The notes beneath the pieces are model-generated. The model did not search any database, was not told where the DNA came from, and saw only the letters and a program-made list of their open reading frames with translations. Below, in pieces: positions 35,752 to 46,085 of a stretch of 49,837 nt of DNA. How positions within the stretch are numbered: position 1 is the first letter of the stretch; each line of letters begins with the position of its first letter. Source of the DNA: an uncultured Devosia sp. (GTDB lineage Bacteria; Pseudomonadota; Alphaproteobacteria; Rhizobiales; Devosiaceae); NCBI GenBank assembly GCA_963975335.1, contig CAXBHD010000001.1:1-49837 (forward strand). The letters run 5' to 3'. The position numbers and the translations under genes were made by a program.

Positions 35752-36670
35752 ATGGAAGAGCAAGATCCTGCTCGCCAAGGTCGAAACCAGCTATGGCGTC
35801 GACCCGGCCCCGACGGGCGCCGCCAATGCGATCCTGGCCACCCAGGTCGTGCTCTCGCCGATGGAAGGCCAGGACGTCTCGCGCGATCTGGAGCTGCCGC
35901 ATCTGGCGGCGCAGGCGACCATTCCGGCCGGGCTGTTCCAGCGCCTAACCTTCCGGGTCGAGCTCGCCCCCTCGGGCATTGCCGGCACGCCCCCAGCCTG
36001 GGGGGTGCTGATGCGGGGTTGCGCGGTCGGGCAGGTCCTCAACCCGGGCACTGTGGTCTACAACCCGATCAGCGACAACCACGAAAGTCTGGCCTTCCAC
36101 CTCTGGATCGGCGGCACGCGCTATGTGCTGCTGGGCAGCCGCGGCACCGTCGTGCTGCGCGGTCAGGCCCAGGGCATTCCCTATCTCGACTTCAACTTTA
36201 CCGGCCTGTTCACCGCCGCCGCCGAGCAGGCGCGGCCGGTCCCGACCCTGACCGGATTCCGCGTGCCGCAGATCATGACCAGCGCGCTGACGCCGACTTT
36301 CTCGATCGATGGTCAGGCGCGCGTCATGCGCAGCTTTTCGCTCAATCTGGGCAATGACGTGCAGACCCGGTTCCTCGTCGGCTCGGAAAGCGTCCTCGTC
36401 GTCGACCGCGCCGAAACCATGGAGAGCCAGGTCGAGGCCGTCGATCTGACCACCTGGAACCCCTTCGCCCGCGCCGCGGCCGGCACCACCATGGCGCTGA
36501 ACCTGGTGCATGGCACCGGGGCGGGCAAGATCTCGACCCTTGCCATGCCGGCGCTGCAGCTGCAGCGGCCCGGCGGGCTGGCCAACCAGCAGAACGTTCT
36601 CGAATGGAACCTGCGCGGCACCCCGCTGCCCGTCAGCGGCAATGACCAATGGACCCTCACCCTCAGCTGA
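35741..36670 (+). CDS. Major tail tube protein
   Basis: ILLAKVETSYGVD, VELAPSG.AGT.P.WG.L.RGC, GND C-terminus; no sheath gene nearby. Confidence 0.85.
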   Translation: MPIKWKSKILLAKVETSYGVDPAPTGAANAILATQVVLSPMEGQDVSRDLELPHLAAQATIPAGLFQRLTFRVELAPSGIAGTPPAWGVLMRGCAVGQVLNPGTVVYNPISDNHESLAFHLWIGGTRYVLLGSRGTVVLRGQAQGIPYLDFNFTGLFTAAAEQARPVPTLTGFRVPQIMTSALTPTFSIDGQARVMRSFSLNLGNDVQTRFLVGSESVLVVDRAETMESQVEAVDLTTWNPFARAAAGTTMALNLVHGTGAGKISTLAMPALQLQRPGGLANQQNVLEWNLRGTPLPVSGNDQWTLTLS

Positions 36671-36693
36671 AACACCCCGGAGGAAACAGCGTC

Positions 36694-37017
36694 ATGTTCA
36701 ATATCGATCTGCAGCCGGTCTTTTCCGTCACCGTCACGGCCAACCCGCCGGGCCCGGCCGAAGCGCAGAGTTTTTTGGCGACGTTCGAGGCCCTCGGCAT
36801 TGCCGAATTCAGCAGCTTTGACCTCGGCACGCCGGCCGGTGCCAAGGCCTTTCTCGACCGCGCCTGGCTGGCGGTGGATGACGTGGTCAATGATGCCGGC
36901 GAGCCCATGCCGGATAGCCCCGCGCTGCGCGCCAGGATGATCGACCTGGCCTGGGTCCGCACGCCCCTGGTCAGCGCCTATCTCAACGGCCTGGCCGAAA
37001 GCCAGGCGGGAAACTGA
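36694..37017 (+). CDS. Tail assembly chaperone (G-like)
   Basis: GGAGG RBS; between tube and tape measure; ends G GGA AAC TGA. Confidence 0.8.
   Translation: MFNIDLQPVFSVTVTANPPGPAEAQSFLATFEALGIAEFSSFDLGTPAGAKAFLDRAWLAVDDVVNDAGEPMPDSPALRARMIDLAWVRTPLVSAYLNGLAESQAGN
37008..37014 (+). other. -1 programmed ribosomal frameshift site GGGAAAC
   Basis: X XXY YYZ heptamer in the correct phase; -1 shift reads GGG AAA CTG ATG into the 37017 ORF. Confidence 0.8.
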
Positions 37018-37418
37018 TGGCGGCGGCCCGCGCCTGGGCGGCGGGCAGTCTCGACGCCGCCACGCCCCGCAGCTTTGAGGACGACGAGGTCCTCGCCGAT
37101 GCGCGCCGCTTCGGCGCCAGCGCGGCCGAGCTGGCCGGCTTGCGCCAGATCTTGCTGGCCGGACAGGCGGACGCGCTGTCGGTCTGGGCCGACAATGCCC
37201 CGGTCGTGGCCGCCTTTGTGGTGACCGCCACCCAATGGCGCACCGCTCTGGACCTGGTTGACGGTCGCATGCGCCTGGTCTGGATCGGCCTTGATTATGC
37301 CGGTGCCAAAGTCTCGATCGAGCAAAGCGGCATGACGATCTCGCCCGCCTTATGGACCGGTCTGCGCATCATGGAAGCGGCAGCGCGCGACGCGCTCAAC
37401 GGGGACAGGGTGCATTGA
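37017..37418 (+). CDS. DUF1799 tail chaperone (T part of G-T fusion)
   Basis: VW.DN...V.AF....TQWR, GLDYAG, LRIMEAAA..ALN. Confidence 0.85.
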   Translation: MAAARAWAAGSLDAATPRSFEDDEVLADARRFGASAAELAGLRQILLAGQADALSVWADNAPVVAAFVVTATQWRTALDLVDGRMRLVWIGLDYAGAKVSIEQSGMTISPALWTGLRIMEAAARDALNGDRVH

Positions 37419-37419
37419 G

Positions 37420-39240
37420 ATGAGCCTGCGCGTTGCCCTGGTCATCGATGGCGAACAGGCCGGCGCCAAGCGGGCGCTGGAGGATACTGCCACCGGCATC
37501 GGCAAGCTGCAGGAGGCGGCCGGCAAGGCCGCCGATCCGGTCAGGCAGGTCGGCGAGGGGCTCAAGCAGACAGCCACCGAGGCGGACAAGGCCGGCGCCA
37601 GGCTGGACGACATGGCCGAAGCGACCAGCCAGTCGAGCGCCCGCTTCGACGATCTGAGGACCCTGGCGCTGGGCGCCATTGGCGGCATTGCCGGCGCCCT
37701 GGCGACGGCCGGCCTCGAGGCGCTGATCGGCGGCGTCACCACGGCCGTGGTCGACTTCACCGACAATATCCTCAGCGCGGCGCCGCAGATCCGCGACGCG
37801 CTGGTTGAACATGAGACGCTGATCAAGGCCATCAAGGGCGCCTATGCGGAGGCCGATGGCGCCGCCTCGAGCTATGGCAGCAATTCGGTGGCGCTGCTGA
37901 CCTTCCAGGCGCAGCAGAATATCCAGCGCCTGCGCGGCGGGCTGGCGCGCGGGCAGGAGGAGCTGGCCAGCGGCAGCGTCGCGCAGCAAGGCTTCCTGCT
38001 CGGCGCGCCCGGCTTTGCCGCGCTGTTCGGCGATCCGCGCTTTGGCGCCGGTACCAGGGACACCCAGTTCGAGGAACCGGTGCGCCGTTTCCGCGAACAG
38101 CTCGCCGCGGGCCGGGCCGATGTCATCGCCTTCCGCGACGAAATCGCCAGCCTCGCCAGCGATCTGCCGATCGAGGATAGCGAAGGGCGCGCTTTGGCGG
38201 AGAAGCTGCTGGGCGACACGGCGGCCCTGGCCGAGCTGCAGGCTGAGCTGCAGCGGGCCGGCGACCTCTACCTGGCCTTGGGCGGCAATGCCGAGGCCGC
38301 TGCCACCGCCCTGGGCGGTTCGGCCGACAAGTTCACCGCGATCGGCGCCAGCCTGCCGGAGCTCAATGCCGGCCTGGCGGAAACCGACCGGCTGCTGGGC
38401 GCGATCGGCGCGCGGTCGGGCGCGGCCAGCGGCGGCATCTCGCCCGTCAATCCCGCCCTCGATCTCGGCTTTGCCACGGGTGGCTGGACCGGCGGGCAAC
38501 GCCAGCAGGTGCGCGGCGTGGTGCATGGCGAGGAATTTGTGGTGCGCGCCGGCCCGGCTGCGCGCTATTTCGGACTGCTGGAGGCGATCAATGCCGAGGG
38601 CAGCGTTCCCGGCTATGCCAGCGGCGGCTATGTCGGTTCCCCTGGCAGTATTGCGCGGTCCGGCGCACAAGGCGGGTTCAGCGTCGTCGATGCGCTGGTC
38701 GATGACCTGTCCATGCTGTCGGGCGCGGTCACCCAGCTGGTGCGCGACCTGTGGGACACGCGCGACCCATTGCAGGCGCTCGGCTCGGTCGTGCAGTCGG
38801 TCAGCCAGAACTTTCTCAATTCGGCGCTGGGCGCCGTCACCAGCTCGGCCGAAAATGCGCTTAGCGGACTCTTCAGTTCGGCCGCGACCGGGCTGTTTGG
38901 CGGCCCGCAGCTGCAGCTCGGCTACCAGGCCGGTGTGGGCCATGCCGGCGCGGTCATCGGCCGATCGGCGCAGACGCGCCTCGTCGATGCGGCCCTCTTT
39001 GACAATGCGCCGCGCCATCACGCCGGCGCCGAGCGGCTGGCGCCCGGCGAGGTGCCCTTTATCGGCATGGCAGGCGAGGAGATCGGCTGGCCGGACCAGC
39101 TCGCCCGCAAATATGGCGGCGGCACGACCGTCAACTACTGGAATGTCGAGACGCCCAGCCCGCGCGCTTTCCTCGAATCGCGCGCCTCGCTGTCCCGCGC
39201 CGCCGGCCAGCTGTCCGGCTCGGCCTGGAGGCACAGCTGA
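37420..39240 (+). CDS. Tape measure protein
   Basis: Ala/Gly-rich helical 606 aa; GFATGGWTG...GVVHGEEFV; position. Confidence 0.85.
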   Translation: MSLRVALVIDGEQAGAKRALEDTATGIGKLQEAAGKAADPVRQVGEGLKQTATEADKAGARLDDMAEATSQSSARFDDLRTLALGAIGGIAGALATAGLEALIGGVTTAVVDFTDNILSAAPQIRDALVEHETLIKAIKGAYAEADGAASSYGSNSVALLTFQAQQNIQRLRGGLARGQEELASGSVAQQGFLLGAPGFAALFGDPRFGAGTRDTQFEEPVRRFREQLAAGRADVIAFRDEIASLASDLPIEDSEGRALAEKLLGDTAALAELQAELQRAGDLYLALGGNAEAAATALGGSADKFTAIGASLPELNAGLAETDRLLGAIGARSGAASGGISPVNPALDLGFATGGWTGGQRQQVRGVVHGEEFVVRAGPAARYFGLLEAINAEGSVPGYASGGYVGSPGSIARSGAQGGFSVVDALVDDLSMLSGAVTQLVRDLWDTRDPLQALGSVVQSVSQNFLNSALGAVTSSAENALSGLFSSAATGLFGGPQLQLGYQAGVGHAGAVIGRSAQTRLVDAALFDNAPRHHAGAERLAPGEVPFIGMAGEEIGWPDQLARKYGGGTTVNYWNVETPSPRAFLESRASLSRAAGQLSGSAWRHS

Positions 39241-39863
39241 TGGCGTTTCTGGAAGACCAGGTCTTTCCCATCCATGTCAGCCAGGGCTCGGTCGGCGGGC
39301 CCGACTGGCCGGCTGAGATCGTGACGCTCGCCTCGGGGCGCGAGGAGCGCAATACGGCCTGGTCGGCGCCTTTGCGCAGCTATGATGCCAAGTTCGGCGT
39401 GCGCACCCCGGCCGAGCTCTATGCGGTGCTCGAGCTCTACCTGGTGGCGCGCGGCAAGCTGGACGGCTTCCGCTTCCACGACTGGACCGACTACCGCTCC
39501 GGCCATCCCAGCCAGGTGCCAGGGCACCTCGACCAGTCGCTGGGCACCGGCAACGGCGTGCAGACGCAGTTCCAGCTCACCAAGCGCTACACGCGCGGCG
39601 CCCATCAGTTTTTCCGCGCCATCACCAAGCCTTTCGGCACCCTTTCAGTGGGCGTCAATGGCGTCGCAACGCCGGCGGGCTGGAGCCTCGACACCGCAAC
39701 CGGCCTCGTCACCTTCGCGGCGCCGCCGGCCAATGGCGCCGTGCTCACCTGGGGCGGGCAGTTTCACGTGCCGGTGCGTTTCGATACGCGCCTCGACATC
39801 GTCGCCCGCAGCGCGGCGATCGGCGACATTCCGGCCATCATGCTCAAGGAATTGCGGCTGTGA
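39240..39863 (+). CDS. DUF2460 distal tail protein (RcGTA-like)
   Basis: FP..VS.GS.GGP, SGREERN..W, GFRFHDW.DY, FQL.KRY, F.VPVRFD. Confidence 0.9.
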   Translation: MAFLEDQVFPIHVSQGSVGGPDWPAEIVTLASGREERNTAWSAPLRSYDAKFGVRTPAELYAVLELYLVARGKLDGFRFHDWTDYRSGHPSQVPGHLDQSLGTGNGVQTQFQLTKRYTRGAHQFFRAITKPFGTLSVGVNGVATPAGWSLDTATGLVTFAAPPANGAVLTWGGQFHVPVRFDTRLDIVARSAAIGDIPAIMLKELRL

Positions 39864-40738
39864 AAACCATGCCGGCCGGGCTGACGGCATTGCTGGCCAC
39901 GGGGACCACCACGCTGTGCCGCTGCTGGCGGGTGCAGCGCACCGATGGCGCGGTATTCGGCTTTACCGATCACGACCGGCCGTTGAGTTTTGCCGGCACC
40001 GACTACGCGCCCGATAGCGGCTTCACCGCCTCGGCCATCGAGGACAGTCTGGGCCTTGCCGTCGACACGATGGAAGTGGGCGGCGCGCTGTCATCGGGCG
40101 TCATCACCGAAGACGATATTGCGCTCGGGCGCTGGGATGCGGCCGAAGTCGAGATCTGGGTCGTGGACTGGAGCAATGTCGCCAATCGCGTCATCCAGCG
40201 CCGCGCCTCCTTTGGCGAGATCGTGCGCGGCGACCTCGCCTTCGAGGCCGAGCTGCGCGGCCTGGCCCATCACCTCAACCAGGAGACCGGCCGCACCTAT
40301 GGCCGCAATTGCGACGCCGTAGTCGGGGATGCCCGCTGCGGCGTGAACCTGGGCCATCCGGCCTTTGCCGGCAGCGGCACGGTCAGCCACGCCGGGGATG
40401 ACCAGATCATCGGCGTCAGCGGCTTGGCCGGCTTTGCCAGTGGCTGGTTCAGTCAGGGGGTGCTGACATGGACCAGCGGCGGCAATGTCGGCAGCAAAGC
40501 CGAACTGCGCAGCCATGCCGGTGCGACGCTGGTGCTGTGGCAGCGGGCAGCTTTGCCCGTCGTGGCGGGGGACAGTTTCACGGTCACCGCCGGCTGCCCC
40601 AAGACCTTCGGCGCCTGTCAGGCCAAATTTGCCAATGCCGCCAATTTCCGCGGCTTTCCGCATATTCCGGGCAATGATTTTGCGCTCAGCGTGGTCAAGT
40701 CCGACGCGCAGAATGACGGGGGCTCGTTCTTCCGATGA
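39860..40738 (+). CDS. DUF2163 baseplate hub protein (RcGTA-like)
   Basis: TTLCRCW...R.DG..FGFTDHD, C.A..GDARC, AGC.K....C..KF.N..NFRGFPHIPGND. Confidence 0.92.
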   Translation: MKTMPAGLTALLATGTTTLCRCWRVQRTDGAVFGFTDHDRPLSFAGTDYAPDSGFTASAIEDSLGLAVDTMEVGGALSSGVITEDDIALGRWDAAEVEIWVVDWSNVANRVIQRRASFGEIVRGDLAFEAELRGLAHHLNQETGRTYGRNCDAVVGDARCGVNLGHPAFAGSGTVSHAGDDQIIGVSGLAGFASGWFSQGVLTWTSGGNVGSKAELRSHAGATLVLWQRAALPVVAGDSFTVTAGCPKTFGACQAKFANAANFRGFPHIPGNDFALSVVKSDAQNDGGSFFR

Positions 40739-41178
40739 TCACGCGCGCTCTGCTCATCGCCGAAGCCCGCAGCTGGATCGGCACGCCCTATCGCCACCAG
40801 GCCAGCCGCAAGGGCGTCGCCTGCGATTGCCTGGGCTTGATCCGCGGGCTCTACCGCTTTGCCTATGGCAGCGAGCCCGAGCCCATGCCGCCCTATTCGC
40901 CCGACTGGGCCGAGGCGGGTCGTCAGGAGACGCTGCTCAATGCCGCCCGCCGGCACCTGGTCGAATTGCCGATCGCGGCGGCGCGGCCCGCCGATGTGCT
41001 GCTGTTCCGCTGGCGGCCCAACCTGCCGGCCAAGCACTGCGCCCTCCTGGTGACGCCGCGCCGGATCGTCCATGCCTATGACGCCGCCGGCAAGGTCGCC
41101 GAGGGCAATCTGCAGGCGCAATGGGATCAGCGCATCGTCGCCGTCTTCGCCTTTCCCGGTATCGGGGAGGAAAGCTGA
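40735..41178 (+). CDS. NlpC/P60 phage cell-wall peptidase
   Basis: ARSWIGTPYRHQAS..G..CDCLGL.RG, AKHC, HAY. Confidence 0.92.
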   Translation: MITRALLIAEARSWIGTPYRHQASRKGVACDCLGLIRGLYRFAYGSEPEPMPPYSPDWAEAGRQETLLNAARRHLVELPIAAARPADVLLFRWRPNLPAKHCALLVTPRRIVHAYDAAGKVAEGNLQAQWDQRIVAVFAFPGIGEES

Positions 41179-44100
41179 TGGCCACGGTTCTGCTGGGCAC
41201 GGTGGGCGGGGTACTGGGCGGCCTGGTCGGCGGCCCGATCGGTGCCATGGCGGGGCGGGCCCTGGGGGCACTGGCCGGCAGCGCGGTCGACCAGCAGATC
41301 GTCAATGCCCTGACGCCGCCGACCCGGCGCGAAGGGCCACGCCTGACCACGTCCGACATGCAGACCTCGACCGAAGGGGGCGTCATCAATCGCTGCTTCG
41401 GCCGGGCGCGGCTGGCCGGCCAGGTGATCTGGGCGACGCGGTTCCAGGAAAGTGTCCATACCGAGCAGACCGGCGGCAAGGGTGGCGGCGAGCCCGTCGT
41501 CATCACCACGACCTATGCCTATGCCGGCAATTTCGCGGTGGGTCTGTGCGAAGGGCCGGTCGCCGCCTTCGGCCGCATCTGGGCCGATGGCAAGGAGCTC
41601 GACCAGACCCTTTACACCATCCGCCGCTATTCCGGCAGCGCGGGACAGCTGGCCGATCCGCTGATCGAGGCCAAGGAAGGCGCGGCGCCTGCTTATCGCG
41701 GGCTCGCCTATGTCGTGTTCGAGGGCCTGCCGCTGGAAAAATGGGGCAACCGCCTGCCGCAGATCTCGGTTGAAGTGTTCCGCGCGGTCGGCGCGCTCGA
41801 GCCGATGATCCAGGGCGCGTCCATTATCGGCACCAACGAGTTCGGCTCGGACACGACGCTGGTTTCGGTCGTCGATGGCCAGCGCGAAAACCGGCACACC
41901 GAGGTGGCCGCCACCGACTGGGCCGCCTCGATCGACCGGCTGCAGGCCCTGGCGCCATCCCTCCGGTCGGTCATGCTGGTCGTGCCCTGGTTCGGCGACG
42001 ATCTGCGGGCAGCCCACTGCAACATCCAGCCCAAGGTGGACGCCGCCGGCAAGACCACGACGCCGGTCAGCTGGCAGGTGTCCGGGGTGACCCGTTCCGG
42101 CGCCGCCGTGGTCAGCATGATCGATGGCAAGCCGGCCTATGGCGGCTCGCCCAATGACGCCTCGACCATCCGCGCCATCCGGGACCTCAATGCCAGGGGT
42201 CTTGCCGTCACGCTCTGCCCTTTCGTCATGATGGACGTGGCCGCCGGCAATGCGCTGCCCAATCCCTATTCCGACCATGCCGCCACCTTGGGCCAGCCGC
42301 TCTATCCCTGGCGCGGTCGCATTACCGGTTCGCCCGCTGCGGGCTTTGCCGGCACCGTCGACAAGAGTGCCGCGGCGGCCAGCCAGGTCGCGGCCTTCAT
42401 GGGCTCGGCCGCTGCGGGCGACTTCAGCGCCAGCGGCGAAACCGTCAATTACGCGGGCCCGGCCGAGTGGCGCTATCGGCGCTTCATCCTTCACTGCGCT
42501 TACCTGGCCCAACTGGCCGGCGGTGTGGAGGCCTTTCTCATCGGCTCGGAAATGATCGGCCTCAGCCAGTTGCGCGCCTCGGCAACCGACTTCCCCTTTG
42601 TCACCGCCCTCAAGACGCTGGCGGGCGATGTGCGCGGAATCCTGGGTGGCGGCACCAGGCTGGGCTATGCGGCGGACTGGTCGGAATATCACTCGCACCG
42701 GCCGGGTGATGGCAGCGGCGACGTGCTGTTCAATCTCGATCCGCTGTGGAGCGATCCGCAGATCGACTTCATCGGCATCGACAATTATCTGCCGCTGGCC
42801 GATTGGCGCGACGGTGCCGATCACCTCGACTTTGATCCGGCCGGCCCGACGACGACCTATGACCCGGCCTATCTGCGCGGCAATGTCGAGGGCGGGGAAT
42901 ATTACGACTGGTACTATGCCGACCTCGGTGCCCGCCAGGCCCAGGCGCGCACGCCAATCACCGATGGCGCCTATGGCAAGCCCTGGGTCTTTCGCCAGAA
43001 GGACATCCGCAACTGGTGGAGCCAGCCGCATCACGATCGTCCCGGCGGCATCGAGAGCGGCGGCGCCACCGGCTTTGTGCCCATGGCCAAGCCGATCCGC
43101 TTCACCGAGCTGGGCTGCCCAGCCGTCGACAAGGGCGCCAACCAGCCCAACCTCTTTCCCGACCCGAAAAGCTCGGAAGGCGCCTTCCCCTATTTTTCCA
43201 ATCGCGGGCGGGATGACATTATCCAGCGCGCCTGGATCGAGGCCATGCTGGGCTATTTTGCCGAGCCGGCACATAACCCTCTCTCGGGCCTCTATGGCGG
43301 TCCGATGGTCGATCTCGCCCATTCCAATGTCTGGTGCTGGGACGCGCGGCCCTGGCCGAGCTTTCCGCTCGACACCAGCTGGGGCGATGCCGCCAACTGG
43401 CAGACCGGACACTGGCTTTCCGGCCGCCTGGGTGCAGCGCCGGGCAAGGAAACCATCGCCGCCATCCTGGCCGAAACCGGTTTCAGCCAGGCGCTGATCG
43501 AGCCAATCCCGGCCGGCGTGGATGGCGTCACCGTGGGCACCTTGGCCAGTGCGCGCGCAACCCTCGACGCGCTGCGGCCGGCATTCCAGTTCGACGCCAC
43601 CGAAAGCGATGGCCTGATCAAATTCCTCGCGCGCCAGGGCCGGGCGCCGGTGGCGGCGCTGCTGGCTGACCGGCTGGTGGTGCAGACAGCAGGCGAAAGC
43701 AGCTGGCGGCAGACCCGCGGCCAGGAGACCGAACTGCCCGACGCCATCAAGCTGCGCTTCGGCGACCCCGCGCGGGACGACCAGACCGCCGGCACCTCGG
43801 CGCGGCGCGCCACCGGCCACTCGCGCCGGACGCTGGACCTGAGCCTGCCCGTCATCATGGCGGAGAACCAGGCCACCGCCCTGGCCGAACGCGAGCTGCA
43901 CTCTGCCTGGCTGGGACGCGACCGCGCCCGCTTCGTGCTGCCGCCCAGCCTCCTGGCCATCGATGCCGGCGATGTCGTCGATTTCGGGCCGACGCGCAGC
44001 CTGATGCGCCTGGGCGCGGTGGAAGACGGCCTAGGCCGCGCCGCGGAAGCCTTCGCGGTCGACCCGCAGGCCGGCGCACCGCTCGACCGGCCGGCTTCGG

Positions 44101-45089
44101 CGGGGCCGGTGGTGACGCCCATCATCTATACCGATGCCCGTATTGCGCTGGTCGATGGTCCGCTGATCAACGATGCCGACATCGACCATGCCGGCTATAT
44201 TGCCGGCACCATCGCCCCGTTCCGGGCCGGGCTGGGCGCCTGGCGCTCGCCGACCGAGACCGGCTTCCAGCTCGACCAGGTGCTGCCGCTGGCCGCCACG
44301 ATCGGGGAGACGACCGGCGATCTCTATTCCGGCCCGACCGGGCGCTGGGACCGGGTCACCAGCCTTTACCTGCGCCTCTTGCGCGGCACGCTGCAGTCGG
44401 CCGAGCCGCTGCAGGTGCTCAACGGCGCCAATGCCCTCTTGGTGGAAAACCAGGATGGCGAATGGGAGCTGATCCAGTTCGCCACCGCCACCATCAATGG
44501 CGAGAACGACTATATCCTGACCGACCTGCTGCGCGGCCAGCGTGGTACCGAACACGCCATGCGCTCGCCGGTGCCGGCCGGCGCCAGGACCGTGCTGGTC
44601 AATGCCGCCCTGCGCCAGACGCTATTGCCCGAAGCGCTGGTCGGGGTGGCGCAGAACTGGCGCGTGGGACCGATCGGCGAGGATATCGGTTCGGATCGCG
44701 TTGTCGCCTTCACCCGGACCATGACCGGCACGGGGCGGCGGCCCTTGTCGCCCTGCCAGCTCGGCGGCGTGCGTGACCCGGTCTCGGGCGATTGGGCTTT
44801 GTCCTGGATACGTCGCACCCGGAGAGGCGGCGACGCCTGGGACCAGGTCGAGGTGCCGCTGGGCGAGACCGCCGAAAGCTACCGCCTCGACATTCTCTCG
44901 GGGCCGGGCGGCAGCGTGCTGCGCAGCTTCACTACCTCCGCCCCCAACCAGATCTATGCCGCCGCCCAGCAGAGTGCCGATTTCGGCGGCCCGGCCTGGA
45001 GCTTCACCGCCCGCGTCCGGCAGCTCAACGCTGTCTATGGCGATGGCATTGCCACCGAAAACCTCATCTGGATTCGACGCCATGGCTGA
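41178..45089 (+). CDS. GTA-type baseplate multidomain protein (megatron, TIM-barrel)
   Basis: GRIWADG, PAYRGLAYVVFE, WFGDDLR, YGG.P.D, YPWRGRI, YAADWSEY, GIDNYLPL.DWRDG, LLRGQRGTE, WIRRTR. Confidence 0.93.
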   Translation: MATVLLGTVGGVLGGLVGGPIGAMAGRALGALAGSAVDQQIVNALTPPTRREGPRLTTSDMQTSTEGGVINRCFGRARLAGQVIWATRFQESVHTEQTGGKGGGEPVVITTTYAYAGNFAVGLCEGPVAAFGRIWADGKELDQTLYTIRRYSGSAGQLADPLIEAKEGAAPAYRGLAYVVFEGLPLEKWGNRLPQISVEVFRAVGALEPMIQGASIIGTNEFGSDTTLVSVVDGQRENRHTEVAATDWAASIDRLQALAPSLRSVMLVVPWFGDDLRAAHCNIQPKVDAAGKTTTPVSWQVSGVTRSGAAVVSMIDGKPAYGGSPNDASTIRAIRDLNARGLAVTLCPFVMMDVAAGNALPNPYSDHAATLGQPLYPWRGRITGSPAAGFAGTVDKSAAAASQVAAFMGSAAAGDFSASGETVNYAGPAEWRYRRFILHCAYLAQLAGGVEAFLIGSEMIGLSQLRASATDFPFVTALKTLAGDVRGILGGGTRLGYAADWSEYHSHRPGDGSGDVLFNLDPLWSDPQIDFIGIDNYLPLADWRDGADHLDFDPAGPTTTYDPAYLRGNVEGGEYYDWYYADLGARQAQARTPITDGAYGKPWVFRQKDIRNWWSQPHHDRPGGIESGGATGFVPMAKPIRFTELGCPAVDKGANQPNLFPDPKSSEGAFPYFSNRGRDDIIQRAWIEAMLGYFAEPAHNPLSGLYGGPMVDLAHSNVWCWDARPWPSFPLDTSWGDAANWQTGHWLSGRLGAAPGKETIAAILAETGFSQALIEPIPAGVDGVTVGTLASARATLDALRPAFQFDATESDGLIKFLARQGRAPVAALLADRLVVQTAGESSWRQTRGQETELPDAIKLRFGDPARDDQTAGTSARRATGHSRRTLDLSLPVIMAENQATALAERELHSAWLGRDRARFVLPPSLLAIDAGDVVDFGPTRSLMRLGAVEDGLGRAAEAFAVDPQAGAPLDRPASAGPVVTPIIYTDARIALVDGPLINDADIDHAGYIAGTIAPFRAGLGAWRSPTETGFQLDQVLPLAATIGETTGDLYSGPTGRWDRVTSLYLRLLRGTLQSAEPLQVLNGANALLVENQDGEWELIQFATATINGENDYILTDLLRGQRGTEHAMRSPVPAGARTVLVNAALRQTLLPEALVGVAQNWRVGPIGEDIGSDRVVAFTRTMTGTGRRPLSPCQLGGVRDPVSGDWALSWIRRTRRGGDAWDQVEVPLGETAESYRLDILSGPGGSVLRSFTTSAPNQIYAAAQQSADFGGPAWSFTARVRQLNAVYGDGIATENLIWIRRHG

Positions 45090-45738
45090 AACCACCCGCC
45101 TCAAACTACCGCTGCTCGAAGCGGCCCAGGCCCAAAAGCACATCACGCATAATGAAGCCCTCGTCCTGCTCGACCTGTTGGTGGGCGTGATCCCGGTGCT
45201 TGATCGCTCGCTGTCGGCGCCGCCCGGGGGCGCCAGCGATGGCGCGGTCTATATTCTGGCCGGGGCCGGATCGGGTGCCTGGACCGGTTTTTCCGCCAAT
45301 GACCTGGCGCTGATGATCGATGGCGGCTGGCGCCGCGTGCTGCCCTCGCGCGGCATGCTGGCCGCTATCGCCGACGAGAATGCGCTGCTGGTCTGGTTCG
45401 ACGGTGGCGGCTGGACCGTATCGCTGGCCGGCGCCGGCATGGTCACCGAGACGGCGGCCTTTACCGTGGGCGCCAGCCATTTCGGCGCCACGGTGCGCCT
45501 CTCCAGCGCCACTGGCGTCAATGTCACCCTGCCGGCAGATGCGCCCGTGGGCACCGGCTTCACGCTGCTGCAGGTGGGTTTGGGCGAGGCGATCTTCGCG
45601 CCCGGTGCCGGTGCCAGCCTGCACCACGATGCCGGCCACACCAGAAGCCTCGGGCACTGGGCGCTGTGCGGCGCGGTGGTCGAGAGCAATGCCGGCTCGG
45701 CCGCCAGCTGGGTGCTCTACGGCTCCACGAAATCTTAG
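45082..45738 (+). CDS. DUF2793 tail-associated protein
   Basis: T.RL.LPLL.AAQAQKHITHNEAL..LD. Confidence 0.88.
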   Translation: MAETTRLKLPLLEAAQAQKHITHNEALVLLDLLVGVIPVLDRSLSAPPGGASDGAVYILAGAGSGAWTGFSANDLALMIDGGWRRVLPSRGMLAAIADENALLVWFDGGGWTVSLAGAGMVTETAAFTVGASHFGATVRLSSATGVNVTLPADAPVGTGFTLLQVGLGEAIFAPGAGASLHHDAGHTRSLGHWALCGAVVESNAGSAASWVLYGSTKS

Positions 45739-45752
45739 CGAAAGGATCTCCA

Positions 45753-46082
45753 ATGCGCAGCTTCACCGCCCAGATGTATAACCGCCGCCAGTTCGCGCCG
45801 CCGGCCTCCGACTTCGTCAATGCCCGCCTGCTGGCCGCCGCCGCGCCCGAACTGATCGCGGTGCCGCAAGATGGCCGCTATGTGATCTTTTCCAGTGGTG
45901 CTGACTTCTACGCCAGGTTCGGTGCCAGCGATGTGGTGGCCGCCATCCCCAATGCCGACATCACCGATGGCTCTGCCGCCGAGTTCAACCCGGAGGCGCG
46001 CGAGATCCCCGATGGCGTCACGCATCTGAGCCTGGTGGCGCCGCAGGCAACCGTGGTCACCATGGCCTGGTACGGGGTCTAG
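45753..46082 (+). CDS. Hypothetical virion protein
   Basis: AAGGA RBS; beta-rich; upstream of the fibre gene. Confidence 0.65.
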   Translation: MRSFTAQMYNRRQFAPPASDFVNARLLAAAAPELIAVPQDGRYVIFSSGADFYARFGASDVVAAIPNADITDGSAAEFNPEAREIPDGVTHLSLVAPQATVVTMAWYGV

Positions 46083-46085
46083 TTC

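Noticed and set aside
41127-43901. 924-aa minus-strand ORF (and similar long antisense ORFs at 37396-39234, 32028-33680, 30655-31767)
   Set aside because: Shadow frames caused by high-GC codon bias opposite well-supported structural genes
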